IMG/VR virus record: IMGVR_UViG_3300020165_000007
Coordinates: 186,001 to 250,000 of that record
DNA length: 64,000 bases
Strand: one strand, 5' to 3'
Shown: piece by piece, positions 17,068-27,148 of the stretch
Numbering within the stretch: position 1 is the stretch's first letter
How the letters are laid out: each line of letters opens with the position of its first letter
The notes under the pieces: model-generated
The model's database searches: none
What the model was told of the DNA's origin: nothing
Seen by the model: only the letters and a program-made list of their open reading frames with translations
Translations under genes and position numbers: made by a program

Positions 17068-17103
17068 TTATCTTTAAGTATATGTAATAAATACTTATAA
17101 GAT

Positions 17104-17307
17104 ATGATTATCACCTCTAACTATGAATTAATTTGTTTATATCTACTTGTTGGTACGATTATTGGTTTCTTAATGGAAAAGATGTTTCGTTGGGTTGATG
17201 AAGACGTTTCAGGTATTGAGCGTTTTTGGTTAGTAACACTTTGGCCTCTTATGATATTAATTTTTATATACTACTTATTAGTAGGAATATTTGATTCAAA
17301 TGATTAA
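17104..17307 (+). CDS. Small two-TM membrane protein
   Basis: Two hydrophobic helices, LWP motif. Confidence 0.6.
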   Translation: MIITSNYELICLYLLVGTIIGFLMEKMFRWVDEDVSGIERFWLVTLWPLMILIFIYYLLVGIFDSND

Positions 17308-18058
17308 ATTTTATACAACTATATTATTATTATTCTCTCCATTACTTTTGTTAAGTCAGAGTGAAAGAGATGAAAAGATAAGGAAGAGAAGTGAACGTAA
17401 CGCTCCTACAACTAATTATGTGGAGTCTACACCTGTGTTTGTACCAACTCCTGTACAATCACCTGTTTTCTATCCTAATAATTATTATTCCTCTTGGAAT
17501 CCGTATGTACCTTACAGAACAAGAAATGATAATGGTATTTTTAATAGACGTAACTCAAATAGTCAAACTGAAAGAAATTCAAAACCTCTTAAAGTAAATT
17601 TAGGGTTTACTTTTAGTCCTAACAAACCATCGTCAGTTGGTTTATATGGAACTATAGGTCGTGAAACATTTATTTATTTATCATATGAAGGTAGTAGTAA
17701 GTCTGAATATGAGCACTACTATAATATCACGTTTGAAGAAGTGATGAGCTGGGGAGATGAACAAATAGACACTTTTGAGGAGTATAGTTCTTTCTCTATC
17801 GGTGTTGGTGGTAAAGTATTTAATTCATTATCCCATTTTGCAGGTATAAATCTAAGTACAAAAAAAACCGATTTAGTATTCTATGATGAGTTTTCAGTTC
17901 TTTCTTCAAATGGAGAATATAGTATCACAGATAAGGTTGAAGAGGACTTTAATCTTATGTATGGTTTACTATATAACTATGAGAAGGTTACTTTCGGTTC
18001 TTCTGTGTATTTTTTAGGAGACACTCGTTTTAATTTAAGTATTGGTTTTAACTTTTAA
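17300..18058 (+). CDS. Putative outer-membrane beta-barrel protein
   Basis: Sec signal, Pro/Tyr-rich linker, alternating beta-strands, C-terminal BAM signal LSIGFNF. Confidence 0.65.
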   Translation: MIKFYTTILLLFSPLLLLSQSERDEKIRKRSERNAPTTNYVESTPVFVPTPVQSPVFYPNNYYSSWNPYVPYRTRNDNGIFNRRNSNSQTERNSKPLKVNLGFTFSPNKPSSVGLYGTIGRETFIYLSYEGSSKSEYEHYYNITFEEVMSWGDEQIDTFEEYSSFSIGVGGKVFNSLSHFAGINLSTKKTDLVFYDEFSVLSSNGEYSITDKVEEDFNLMYGLLYNYEKVTFGSSVYFLGDTRFNLSIGFNF

Positions 18059-18432
18059 AAATAATAATTAAAAATCTTACAGTTAGGATTCATTTTACTT
18101 AAGTTAGGGAATGTTACATTTCCAATTTCGTTATTATCTATGTGTGATATATGTAATTCGGTAAAAGAATTACAGAATTTTTCATAGGTTTTTTTCCCTC
18201 CGATACACCAATCAACATCGTAATAATGATTTTCTGAGTGTTCTATCCTATCCACAACTATTAACTTTCTATTCCTTAAAGGTGGAAGTGCTTGTGCGGT
18301 TCTATAACCAACTAAAAGAGATGAATGTTCTGTGAGTTTTTTAAAGTGTAATAAATCCTCTTTATTGTACCAAAGTAATTTGTCATTCAGACCAATAAAC
18401 CCTAAATTATTTACCGCCACTATAGCTTTCAT
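18055..18432 (-). CDS. folA: Dihydrofolate reductase (compact)
   Basis: IVAV...IG..DKLLW..KEDLLHFKKLT...VGYRT...PLRNR...IGG. Confidence 0.85.
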   Translation of the reverse strand: MKAIVAVNNLGFIGLNDKLLWYNKEDLLHFKKLTEHSSLLVGYRTAQALPPLRNRKLIVVDRIEHSENHYYDVDWCIGGKKTYEKFCNSFTELHISHIDNNEIGNVTFPNLSKMNPNCKIFNYYF

Positions 18433-18785
18433 ATCTCTTCTATTCTTTTGGCTTTGTCATCTATAACCAAATCAAAATGTGGTTTAGGGTTTGGGCTCAT
18501 CCCTGTTACTAAGTCATGAAACTTACATCCCCAGCCTGTCAGTTGGTCCCATGTGTAATCGGTATAATCTTTTTTAGATACTGAACCTCTCGCAGTCCAA
18601 TACACTATTTTCCAACCTTCGTCGTATAATTTATTTATCTTATCAATATTCTCTTCAATAGGTATTGATAAATCATACCTACGGTTGTTATTATCTTCGT
18701 AATAACAAATAGTCTCGTCAATATCTACGAGTACTACTTTTTGATTACCTTCTTCGGTAAGTCTTTTTGCGTTGTGAAATTTCAT
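18429..18785 (-). CDS. HAD-superfamily phosphatase
   Basis: LVDIDETIC, YWTARG, KP..DLVIDDKA. Confidence 0.85.
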   Translation of the reverse strand: MKFHNAKRLTEEGNQKVVLVDIDETICYYEDNNNRRYDLSIPIEENIDKINKLYDEGWKIVYWTARGSVSKKDYTDYTWDQLTGWGCKFHDLVTGMSPNPKPHFDLVIDDKAKRIEEI

Positions 18786-18804
18786 TTATTTCAGATTTTA
18801 AAAT

Positions 18805-19812
18805 TTATATCTCATAAGGTGACTCACTAAAGGTTACTTCTTTCAAAGTTGGACATTCTTTAACTAAGTGTTGTATGATAAACCCTTTAAATAACCTTTT
18901 ATCATTGAAGGTTAATAAGTTTCCATTTTCTTTTAGTTTAAAGGTCTTCACTTTCTCTAGTACGTCAATCTTATTCATAATTAGTTTATTAACACCGTTA
19001 ATCTTAATTCCTTTTTTTAAATCGTCTAAATCTAACCATCCAATTTGTCTAGGTCTACCTGTGGTTGCACCAAACTCATTACCAACTTGCCTAATTAAAT
19101 CAAAGGTTCTTGATGGTTCTTCAAATTTTTTATTACCAACATAAGTTCTATAGGCTTTAGCGATTCCATGTACATCCCTTACGGTTTGATATGGTATTCC
19201 GTTTTGTAATGCGCCGGCAACTGTACAATGAGATGAGGTCACGTATGGGTAATCTCCCCAATCTATATCCAACTCAAACCCTTGAGCACCCTCAAAAAGT
19301 ATCTTAACCTCATCTTCTCCATGTAGTTCATCAAAAATATCAACCACATAATCAAATATCTCTTCACAATCCTCTGCTCGTAATCCTGTTCTGTTATACT
19401 TTTCTCTGTATGTAGGTCCGTTACCTGTTTTAGTTGTACCTATCTTTATATCTTTAGAGTCTTCTTCCACATACTCATCTTTAGTTATGTGAACTCTTCT
19501 ATCTATTAGTAGATTTTCTCTTACCTTGAATCCTCCTTTTTCTAATGTCCTTATCTCTTCTTCAAGTTTTGATGGGTTTACTATACATCCAGGTCCAATT
19601 ATAGACTTAATACCATATAAGACCCCAACAGGTATATAGTGAGTCACAAATTTAGTACCGTCATGGTAAATAGTATGTCCTGCATTTCCACCTCCATTAT
19701 ATCTTATTATGTGTGTATATTCATCTTTTGTTGAAGCCAATGCATGGGCTACTTTTCCTTTTCCTGTGTCACCGGCTTGTAAATCGACGATGATGTCTGT
19801 GTATTTAATCAT
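18805..19812 (-). CDS. purA: Adenylosuccinate synthetase (short form)
   Basis: GDTGKGK, GGGNAGHT, EGAQGFELDIDWGDYPYVTSS, EFGATTGRPRQIGWLD. Confidence 0.95.
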   Translation of the reverse strand: MIKYTDIIVDLQAGDTGKGKVAHALASTKDEYTHIIRYNGGGNAGHTIYHDGTKFVTHYIPVGVLYGIKSIIGPGCIVNPSKLEEEIRTLEKGGFKVRENLLIDRRVHITKDEYVEEDSKDIKIGTTKTGNGPTYREKYNRTGLRAEDCEEIFDYVVDIFDELHGEDEVKILFEGAQGFELDIDWGDYPYVTSSHCTVAGALQNGIPYQTVRDVHGIAKAYRTYVGNKKFEEPSRTFDLIRQVGNEFGATTGRPRQIGWLDLDDLKKGIKINGVNKLIMNKIDVLEKVKTFKLKENGNLLTFNDKRLFKGFIIQHLVKECPTLKEVTFSESPYEI

Positions 19813-19861
19813 TTCTTTTCATTAACACTTAATTATAATATTTATAAACAATTAATCAAGT

Positions 19862-20215
19862 ATGTCACACCCATTATTACACGCAAAATCATCAGTAAAA
19901 AAGTTCGGAGGAAAGGTCGAAGATTACATTGGTATTCACAATTGGTTCGATGAAACTAAATCGTGGATTGGACATAGTTACCACAGAGCCTTCAGACACC
20001 ATTCAGAGGGTATATTTGAGTGTGAAAAGGTCTTCGGTGAGTCATTTATCAACTCGGACGGAAAAGTCGTTTATACACGATATGTGGGAGAACAACACGT
20101 AAAAGAAGACTGTTATAATACAATACCTTCTGCTAAGGATTGGATAGACGCATTTAATAATAAAGAAAAACCTGCATGGATGACCCGTACTGTGAATTTA
20201 AAGTTTGATGACTGA
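19862..20215 (+). CDS. DUF6915 family protein (His-rich)
   Basis: MSHPLLHAKSSVKKFGG..EDY..IH.WFDETK...HRAFRHHSEGIF...GEQHVKED. Confidence 0.75.
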   Translation: MSHPLLHAKSSVKKFGGKVEDYIGIHNWFDETKSWIGHSYHRAFRHHSEGIFECEKVFGESFINSDGKVVYTRYVGEQHVKEDCYNTIPSAKDWIDAFNNKEKPAWMTRTVNLKFDD

Positions 20216-20226
20216 TATTTATTGAC

Positions 20227-20919
20227 ATGGAAAAAGAACTTAAACAATTAAAAGTGGTACTAAATATGTTCCAAAAGTTTATGGAACTTAATAAGTGTAG
20301 TGTTGCGAGTTTTGACGTAGATGCTTATAACTTGCAATTACAATCAGGAAATAAATTTTATTGCAATAGTCAGTGGACAAATTCACCCATACCTATTGAT
20401 AAATTTATTGAAGATTTTATGGACGTTTTAAAAGGTAATAATGAATTAGATACTTGGGTTAACCTTCCTGGAGGTGGTGACGCCGAGATATATAACTATA
20501 CTTTTGAGATTAATCCTGAGGAGCGTATGGTAAGAATATATGGGGATTATAGTTACTATACCGAGGGTGAACAAAACAATAATGTATATGATGCTGACGT
20601 ATTACCTGAAGAAATTATTGAATTTTTAAATAAATTAAGTGAGGAAGGTCACGGTGAATTGGAGGTAGATTTCCAAGGTTCAGGTGATAGTGGTTGGCTA
20701 GAGGAAGATGGTAGAACAAGGAGAGATGACCATTATAAAATACCTGAGGTCGTAGAAAACTATTGTTATGAACTTTTAAAACAATATCCAGGTTGGGAAA
20801 TTAATGAAGGTTCTCAAGGTAATTTTTATTTTGATTCCTCAAAAATGATAGTTTCTTTTGAATTCCAATATAATGAAGAGGTTAGTGAGAGAGAATTAAT
20901 GTATCAGTTCAAATATTAA
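20227..20919 (+). CDS. DUF6878-like protein
   Basis: VDFQGSGDSG and GWEINEGSQG motifs. Confidence 0.6.
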   Translation: MEKELKQLKVVLNMFQKFMELNKCSVASFDVDAYNLQLQSGNKFYCNSQWTNSPIPIDKFIEDFMDVLKGNNELDTWVNLPGGGDAEIYNYTFEINPEERMVRIYGDYSYYTEGEQNNNVYDADVLPEEIIEFLNKLSEEGHGELEVDFQGSGDSGWLEEDGRTRRDDHYKIPEVVENYCYELLKQYPGWEINEGSQGNFYFDSSKMIVSFEFQYNEEVSERELMYQFKY

Positions 20920-21953
20920 TTACTTAATGGTGCCTTAATCGTTGGGTGTGATTCGTAGTTAATGATTTTATAATCAAACTCACCATTTAAAATGTCTTGT
21001 TCAATAAGATGAATCTTAGGTAATTTAAAAGGTTTTCTTTTAATTTGTTCTTTAGCCTGTTCTATATGGTTATTATATAAATGAACATCACCTAAGTTAC
21101 CAATCAAATCACCAGGGACCATACCAACTTCATCGGCAATAATTTCTAATAACATCGCATAAGACGCGATATTGAAAGGTAATCCTAAAAAGGTATCCAC
21201 ACTCCTTTGGTTCCACATAAGTGAAATCTCACGTCTTGGAATACCGTATACGTCCATATGTTCATGGAAGTAGTCATTAGAACGACTCATAGGATTTACC
21301 CCTTCATTATAAATGTCAATTCTCTCATCTAAATTCAATTCTCTTGTGTATACTTGAAAACCATAATGACATGGAGGTAATACCATTTTATCAATATCAC
21401 CTGGATTCCATGCGTTAACCATAAGTCTTCTTGAATCAGGATTATCTTTAACCTGCTCTATCAAATTCCTTATTTGGTCAACAGAAGACTTAACGTTTGG
21501 GAATCCCTCTTTATCGGTTAGTTGGTGGTCGTACTTATCCCACTTCTTCCATTGTTTACCGTAAACAGGGCCTAACTCCCCATACAAATCCGCAAAACTA
21601 TCATCAGTTTTAATGTTTTCTATAAATTCTTCCATAGACACATAATCGACATCCGTTACTAATAAGTTCATGAGTTTATAATTCTTATAAGCATCTCCGT
21701 TCCATATCTTACAATTATTTTCAACTAAGTAACGAATATTTGTATCTCCTTTTAAAAACCATTTAAGTTCTGTCATAAGTGATTTAATCGCCATCTTCTT
21801 AGTTGTAAGAAGAGGAAACCCATCTCTCATTTTATGACGTATAGAATAACCGAAGATTGACTTAGTACCTGTACCTGTTCTATCTTTTTTTTCTACACCA
21901 TATTCCAATATGGTCATCAAAAGTTCTTGATATTGTTTATCTAATTTATTCAT
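20916..21953 (-). CDS. thyA: Thymidylate synthase
   Basis: DRTGTGT, FPLLTTKK, LGPVYGKQW, LPPCH, QRSVDTFLGLPFNIASY, GDVHLY. Confidence 0.97.
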   Translation of the reverse strand: MNKLDKQYQELLMTILEYGVEKKDRTGTGTKSIFGYSIRHKMRDGFPLLTTKKMAIKSLMTELKWFLKGDTNIRYLVENNCKIWNGDAYKNYKLMNLLVTDVDYVSMEEFIENIKTDDSFADLYGELGPVYGKQWKKWDKYDHQLTDKEGFPNVKSSVDQIRNLIEQVKDNPDSRRLMVNAWNPGDIDKMVLPPCHYGFQVYTRELNLDERIDIYNEGVNPMSRSNDYFHEHMDVYGIPRREISLMWNQRSVDTFLGLPFNIASYAMLLEIIADEVGMVPGDLIGNLGDVHLYNNHIEQAKEQIKRKPFKLPKIHLIEQDILNGEFDYKIINYESHPTIKAPLSN

Positions 21954-22186
21954 AAGATAGTATTATTAAAATCTTCTTTATTAATCATAACGTACTCACC
22001 TCGATATTTTCCATACATTTCATAATCATATTCTTTGATTGATTCGAAATATTTTAAATTAAATTCTTTAACCAAAACGTAGTCGCTTTCATTACTAAAT
22101 CTCATCCTAACTGTTTGTAATTCACTAATAGCGTGGTTTAACACTCTATCCAATGCGTCTTCCTCATCAAATTCTATTTCATCCAT
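21950..22186 (-). CDS. Hypothetical protein
   Basis: ORF coupled to thyA. Confidence 0.6.
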   Translation of the reverse strand: MDEIEFDEEDALDRVLNHAISELQTVRMRFSNESDYVLVKEFNLKYFESIKEYDYEMYGKYRGEYVMINKEDFNNTIL

Positions 22187-22204
22187 AATGATGTATGTTA
22201 AAAT

Positions 22205-22408
22205 TTATTCATGATTAAATTCCAAAATAGTGTTACTAATCGGAACCCTTAGTAGAGGAGCGTTTTTTTCTGTTATATTTTGTTTTTGTAAAACTTCGTA
22301 ATAATTTTCATGAGTTTTTATAGTCATTACATTTTCAAATGTACGAGTAATATGGTCATACGTGTATTCTAACGAATGATTTAATGTATCAAATTTTAGT
22401 TCAATCAT
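22205..22408 (-). CDS. Hypothetical protein
   Basis: ATG at 22408 preferred (upstream extension crosses a terminator). Confidence 0.6.
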   Translation of the reverse strand: MIELKFDTLNHSLEYTYDHITRTFENVMTIKTHENYYEVLQKQNITEKNAPLLRVPISNTILEFNHE

Positions 22409-22493
22409 AATTGTATTGTTATTTTTTAGGGTATAAAAAACCTTTCCCCTAAACATAAGGAAAAGGTTTTAATTTTTCAAGTTTATAATTATT

Positions 22494-22790
22494 TTAGTTG
22501 CCTATAACTAAATCATTAAAATCTAATTTATCCATTCCTCCTACCTCACCCTCTATCTCATCGTACATAAAAGCCTTAACAACCGCAACTATAGATTGTT
22601 CTGACTGTGCAATTTTAGACTCCATCCAATCCTCTAACTGTTCACCGTCTTCCATCGTTTCCCACATCTTATAAGCTAAAGTTGCTATGGTAAACATTTG
22701 TTGTTTGGCCATATACGACCCATCTTTATTCTCTTTGAGGTTCTCTTTTAATTTTTTAAGTTGTTGTTCTGTAATAACTATATTACTCAT
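22494..22790 (-). CDS. Leader-bearing conserved phage protein
   Basis: MSNIVITEQQLKKLKENLKE; SYMAKQQM...LEDWMESKIAQ. Confidence 0.7.
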   Translation of the reverse strand: MSNIVITEQQLKKLKENLKENKDGSYMAKQQMFTIATLAYKMWETMEDGEQLEDWMESKIAQSEQSIVAVVKAFMYDEIEGEVGGMDKLDFNDLVIGN

Positions 22791-22912
22791 GTCTTATTGT
22801 TTTATATTTTATAAGTATCCCGTATAACGGGTTATTCTATTATACCTACCGTTATTCTTTGTATTTCTTCTTCCATAATAGTATAAATATTATTATTTTT
22901 TTAATCCTTAAA

Positions 22913-23122
22913 CTATTTAATTTTTGACTTATTTTCAATTGATTTAACCCACTTACCCAGTTTAGTTATCTCTTTATTAAATTCAATGAATGTTCTTTTT
23001 ACTTCATTAATATAGTTGACATTTTTTTTAACTTCCGTTTTAACCACACCAACAATATAACCTATTAAAAATATAGATATTGCGATTAAAATAAAACCAA
23101 GAATTTTTAAAATTAGAATCAT
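22913..23122 (-). CDS. Small membrane protein
   Basis: N-terminal TM. Confidence 0.55.
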   Translation of the reverse strand: MILILKILGFILIAISIFLIGYIVGVVKTEVKKNVNYINEVKRTFIEFNKEITKLGKWVKSIENKSKIK

Positions 23123-23141
23123 GTTTTAAAATTATAGATGT

Positions 23142-23549
23142 TTATTCAATATTCTCATATTGTTCACAATATTTGTACTTACCGTTATTACTTCTAACCC
23201 TTATTTTAATATAATAATCGCGGTTTTCTTTTGTTTCCCCAATTAATTTTAATACTCCATTTGGTATTATATGTGCCTCCCACCACCCTGGGTCTATGTT
23301 ATAATAAAACCATAAATCATCACAACTAATATACTCTTTATCAGTGTTTAAATACATAGTAATATCTAATAATTTACTCATGTCAGGTGATGACCACCTA
23401 TCTTTAGTCTCTGTACTTTTCGATATTTCTTTCAATTCCACATTAAACCTATCAATATCAGAATCTCCTTCTTTATTTTTACCTAAGTAATTTAAATACG
23501 TTGGTGTATTTAATATTTTTTCAACTAATTGAGCTTTTTCTACCTCCAT
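23142..23549 (-). CDS. Hypothetical protein
   Basis: Start reassigned to MEVEKAQ after TATTTAT 23554-23560. Confidence 0.65.
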   Translation of the reverse strand: MEVEKAQLVEKILNTPTYLNYLGKNKEGDSDIDRFNVELKEISKSTETKDRWSSPDMSKLLDITMYLNTDKEYISCDDLWFYYNIDPGWWEAHIIPNGVLKLIGETKENRDYYIKIRVRSNNGKYKYCEQYENIE

Positions 23550-23587
23550 AATAATAAATATAACATGTTGATAAATATAAGTTAAAT

Positions 23588-23663
23588 AAAAAAGGTGGAG
23601 AGTTTCCTCCCCACCTGTAAGGCCGACTTGGATGTCGAACTCCACCACTCGTTTCACAACGAG
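23588..23663 (-). terminator. Three-hairpin structured element ending in a terminator with a possible antiterminator
   Basis: Minus strand: CUCGUU-GUGA-AACGAG; CGAC-N6-GUCG; GGUGGGGAG-GAAA-CUCUCCACC-U6. Confidence 0.65.
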
Positions 23664-23664
23664 A

Positions 23665-23928
23665 TTAACTAACCCCCTCTTTCATTTTAGTAACTGCGTA
23701 CTGTCCGAGAGTCATGGAAGATGTGTTTCCTACAATCACACATTCCTTTAGAATATCATAAGGGATGTGAATAAGATTGTCAACCCCGTTGAACATAGAA
23801 AGTGGATTTTTCAGAGCCAAAGCTGAGTGAACCGCATTAAGATAGATTTTGTGTTGGTTTTGTTCGTTATCAAACTCTTGATTCAACAACTGTCCAAACT
23901 GTGGGTGAATAATGACTACGTTTTTCAT
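23665..23928 (-). CDS. Hypothetical protein
   Basis: ORF preceded by host-type TATATTTG (23933-23940). Confidence 0.7.
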   Translation of the reverse strand: MKNVVIIHPQFGQLLNQEFDNEQNQHKIYLNAVHSALALKNPLSMFNGVDNLIHIPYDILKECVIVGNTSSMTLGQYAVTKMKEGVS

Positions 23929-23946
23929 ATCACAAATATAAGAAAA

Positions 23947-24201
23947 TTAATTCATACAAACAAGTAATTCGTCCCTAATATCTGTTAATTCTTCGATAGT
24001 ACAGTCTTCAAACAAATATTCATATTCTTCAGGTACCTCATCCACAAACAACTCATGTATTGGGTTATGTTTGATGTAATTGTTTAGGTGATGTAGAAAA
24101 AATGTATTGTCTTTTAAGTCACATTCGATTGATTGCCACCTCATAGGTTCGTTATGAATCATATTATCAAATAGGTTGAATGAGATTTCGTTATTTTCCA
24201 T
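23947..24201 (-). CDS. Hypothetical protein
   Basis: ORF preceded by TATATTTG (24206-24213). Confidence 0.6.
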   Translation of the reverse strand: MENNEISFNLFDNMIHNEPMRWQSIECDLKDNTFFLHHLNNYIKHNPIHELFVDEVPEEYEYLFEDCTIEELTDIRDELLVCMN

Positions 24202-24257
24202 ATGTCAAATATATACATTTATTACGATGTATCCTATTTTTTTAAAAAAAAAGTTAC

Positions 24258-25190
24258 ATGAGAATTATAGTTACAGGAGGATTAGGTTTTATAGGTTCTA
24301 ATTTTGTTAATCTATTGAATGAGAGATTACCAAAAATCGAAGTAGTAATTTTAGATAAGATGACCTACGCAGCAGACCCAAATAGTATTATTAAGAATAA
24401 TAAATTAATTAAAAAAGATATTTGTGATGTCACACCTGAAGATTTAGGTGTATATGATTATATTGTTCATTTTGCCGCTGAAAGTCATGTAGATAATTCA
24501 ATATCAGATGGTAGACCTTTTATGAACACGAACATTATTGGAACATTTAACTTAGTTGAATGTGCAAAACAAAATAAATCTTTGAAAAAGTTTATTCACA
24601 TATCCACTGATGAGGTATACGGTGATATGGCAGATTCTGAATGGTTAAGTTCGAATGAGGACCACAACTTATCCCCAAGTTCTTATTACTCATCATCTAA
24701 AGCATCTTCAGACATGATTGTGTTGTCGTCTCACAGAACATTTGGTTTACCTTACCTTTTGACAAGAACTTGTAACAACTATGGTGAAAACCAAAATAAA
24801 GAGAAGTTTTTACCTAAAATTTTTGATTCTATAATTAACGAAAAAACAGTTCCTGTTTACGGTGATGGAAAACAGATTAGAGAGTGGATGTATGTTAAAG
24901 ATAATGTTGAAGTAATCTTTGACTTGATGATGGATGATAAAGTCGTAAATGAAGTATACAATATTGGTACTGACAATACTTTCTATAATTTAGAATTAGT
25001 TAAAAAGATATCTGAAATTATCGGTAAAGACGTAACATTTGAATTTGTTACTGACCGTTTAGGTCACGATAGAAAATACAATTTAGATTGTACGAAACTT
25101 AAAGAATACTACAAGTCAAAGGGTAAAGAGTACCAACCAAAAGATATTATTGATTGGATGAATCAGTTCCTCCTTGAAGAAGTGGTATAA
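24258..25190 (+). CDS. rfbB: dTDP-glucose 4,6-dehydratase
   Basis: TGGLGFIGSNF, HFAAESHVDNS, HISTDEVYG, YSSSK, CNNYG, DRLGHDRKY. Confidence 0.93.
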   Translation: MRIIVTGGLGFIGSNFVNLLNERLPKIEVVILDKMTYAADPNSIIKNNKLIKKDICDVTPEDLGVYDYIVHFAAESHVDNSISDGRPFMNTNIIGTFNLVECAKQNKSLKKFIHISTDEVYGDMADSEWLSSNEDHNLSPSSYYSSSKASSDMIVLSSHRTFGLPYLLTRTCNNYGENQNKEKFLPKIFDSIINEKTVPVYGDGKQIREWMYVKDNVEVIFDLMMDDKVVNEVYNIGTDNTFYNLELVKKISEIIGKDVTFEFVTDRLGHDRKYNLDCTKLKEYYKSKGKEYQPKDIIDWMNQFLLEEVV

Positions 25191-25527
25191 GTATATTTAA
25201 GTACTTCTTTTCTTCTGTTCTATTCAATACATAGGACATGTCAAAGTCTATACCTAGTCTTTCTTTTATACTGTTTTCTAAGTACTCCTGCATTTCAGGT
25301 GATTGTTCATAACCATAAAGAATAAGATTAGAAACTGATGGGAGTACTTTTAAATCAATAAAATCCAGTATATTTCTAACAATTATAAAGTAAGGTTTAC
25401 CATTCTTATGTAATACCGCAGTATCGTAGAGAAAACCTGGTAGGGTTCTATCTTCTAACTCTTGAAATTTGAGTCCATCGACAATATTGTCTATTTGTTT
25501 CTTTAATACATCAGGTAGAGTACTCAT
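25147..25527 (-). CDS. Hypothetical protein
   Basis: ORF coupled to upstream gene. Confidence 0.6.
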   Translation of the reverse strand: MSTLPDVLKKQIDNIVDGLKFQELEDRTLPGFLYDTAVLHKNGKPYFIIVRNILDFIDLKVLPSVSNLILYGYEQSPEMQEYLENSIKERLGIDFDMSYVLNRTEEKKYLNILIPLLQGGTDSSNQ

Positions 25528-26438
25528 TTTTTTAATTTTTTTAAGTTAATAGGTACTACATTTCCTTTATCTAAATACATTAATATATCCACTGATTTAT
25601 AACTACCATTCAAATATCTTTTAATGAAATCTTCTTTTTGACCTACACCAGTTTTTACCTGTACAGTATATAGTTTTCCTTTAAATTCTACTATTAAGTC
25701 GATACCTAATTTCATATCTATAAAATCACCATCCCCGCCTTGTCTTACAACTGTACCTCCCCACTTATCACTTTCAATCCACTTTACCGCTTTATTTTCA
25801 GTCGCTAAACCTATTCTATCCGTAACCCCTAATTTTTTATCTGCTATATCTATTAAGTTATGCCCATCAAACATATTACCAAACTCATCTTGGATATCAT
25901 TTTTATATTTTTTTAAGATGTCTTTTAATCGGGTCGGGTTATTTTCCTCAGAAATTTGTTGTAAGATATCATTTCTACCTTGTTCAAATAAAATGTCAGT
26001 AACCAACTCAGAAAGTAAGGTATAATTTGTGTTTATCTTATTTGAGTGGTGCCACCTTCCGTTAACTTCAACTCTTTTAAAATTTTCTAACTCTTCTAAG
26101 AGTTTATTGTAATACCAAGAATTTATTTTATTAGCATTTTTTAACTTAAGTAACCATTCTTTTGAGTTTTCCTTTTCCTCGTTACTCATAGGTGATTTTA
26201 TTTCATCCTGAATGTCGTTAACCAATTTTTTAAGACCTAATCCATTATCACTATGTAAAAATGCTCTTAAATTATTAATTTTTTTTCGTATCTCTGACTT
26301 ATTAAAACTCACGGGCTCGTTATTGGGTATACCGTCCATATTTGGTATACCGTCATAGTTGTCCCCCCGCGGGTGCATTGGGTCATTGGGTCCGATAAGG
26401 TCTTGTTCTCTTAATATTTTACGTATAAGTTCTTTCAT
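25524..26438 (-). CDS. Leader-bearing protein with C-terminal PD-(D/E)XK-like nuclease motif
   Basis: MKELIRKILREQ; G..TEN.A...GIDLIV...TVQVKT. Confidence 0.6.
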   Translation of the reverse strand: MKELIRKILREQDLIGPNDPMHPRGDNYDGIPNMDGIPNNEPVSFNKSEIRKKINNLRAFLHSDNGLGLKKLVNDIQDEIKSPMSNEEKENSKEWLLKLKNANKINSWYYNKLLEELENFKRVEVNGRWHHSNKINTNYTLLSELVTDILFEQGRNDILQQISEENNPTRLKDILKKYKNDIQDEFGNMFDGHNLIDIADKKLGVTDRIGLATENKAVKWIESDKWGGTVVRQGGDGDFIDMKLGIDLIVEFKGKLYTVQVKTGVGQKEDFIKRYLNGSYKSVDILMYLDKGNVVPINLKKLKK

Positions 26439-26476
26439 ACTTCAGGTAATTTCATGTTATTGTTTTTATCTATTAC

Positions 26477-27148
26477 TTATGACCCATATAATCTCCATGC
26501 ATTTCTATAGTTGTGGTCCATACCAGTCATATACAATCCGTACTTATCGATTATATCTAAAAAAGATTCTTTTGCTGCCATCCCTATTTCAGTAGTTACT
26601 TCATACAAATCATCTTGATGAATATCGTGGTCAATCATAAATAGTTCGTCAAAGTCCCATCTAGTATCATCATCTCTATCTAAAAATTGTACTGAACCGT
26701 TAGTTATGCGGACCTTCATACCTAATTCAGTACCATATGGATTTTCATCAGGGTTACCTTCCGTCCTACTGATAATCCCAATAGATAAAGGTGTCACATC
26801 CATTTCATATCCTCCTGAAGATATATGTCTTTTTTTACCTATACCTATTTCTTTTTTGGCTAATTCAAGTGCTTTATCATATCCACCATAGAATTTTATT
26901 TTCAGTTTGTCAATCTCCTCTTCGTATTCTAAACAATTTATACCAATATATCTACAGGGTGTTAGTTCTGTACCATTTTTACTCCAATAGTCAAATAAGA
27001 ATTCTTCTACTTGAGGACTTAGTTCCTTTTTTTTAGGTGCTCCTTGCCAACCTTCACTCATTTCATACTCATCACTTTTAGGTGAAGCGTCAGTAACATG
27101 TGAATACTCTAAGTCTTCTCTCAATATTTTACGTATAAGTTCTTTCAT
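26477..27148 (-). CDS. Leader-bearing hypothetical protein
   Basis: MKELIRKILRED; TATTTAT 27158-27164. Confidence 0.75.
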   Translation of the reverse strand: MKELIRKILREDLEYSHVTDASPKSDEYEMSEGWQGAPKKKELSPQVEEFLFDYWSKNGTELTPCRYIGINCLEYEEEIDKLKIKFYGGYDKALELAKKEIGIGKKRHISSGGYEMDVTPLSIGIISRTEGNPDENPYGTELGMKVRITNGSVQFLDRDDDTRWDFDELFMIDHDIHQDDLYEVTTEIGMAAKESFLDIIDKYGLYMTGMDHNYRNAWRLYGS

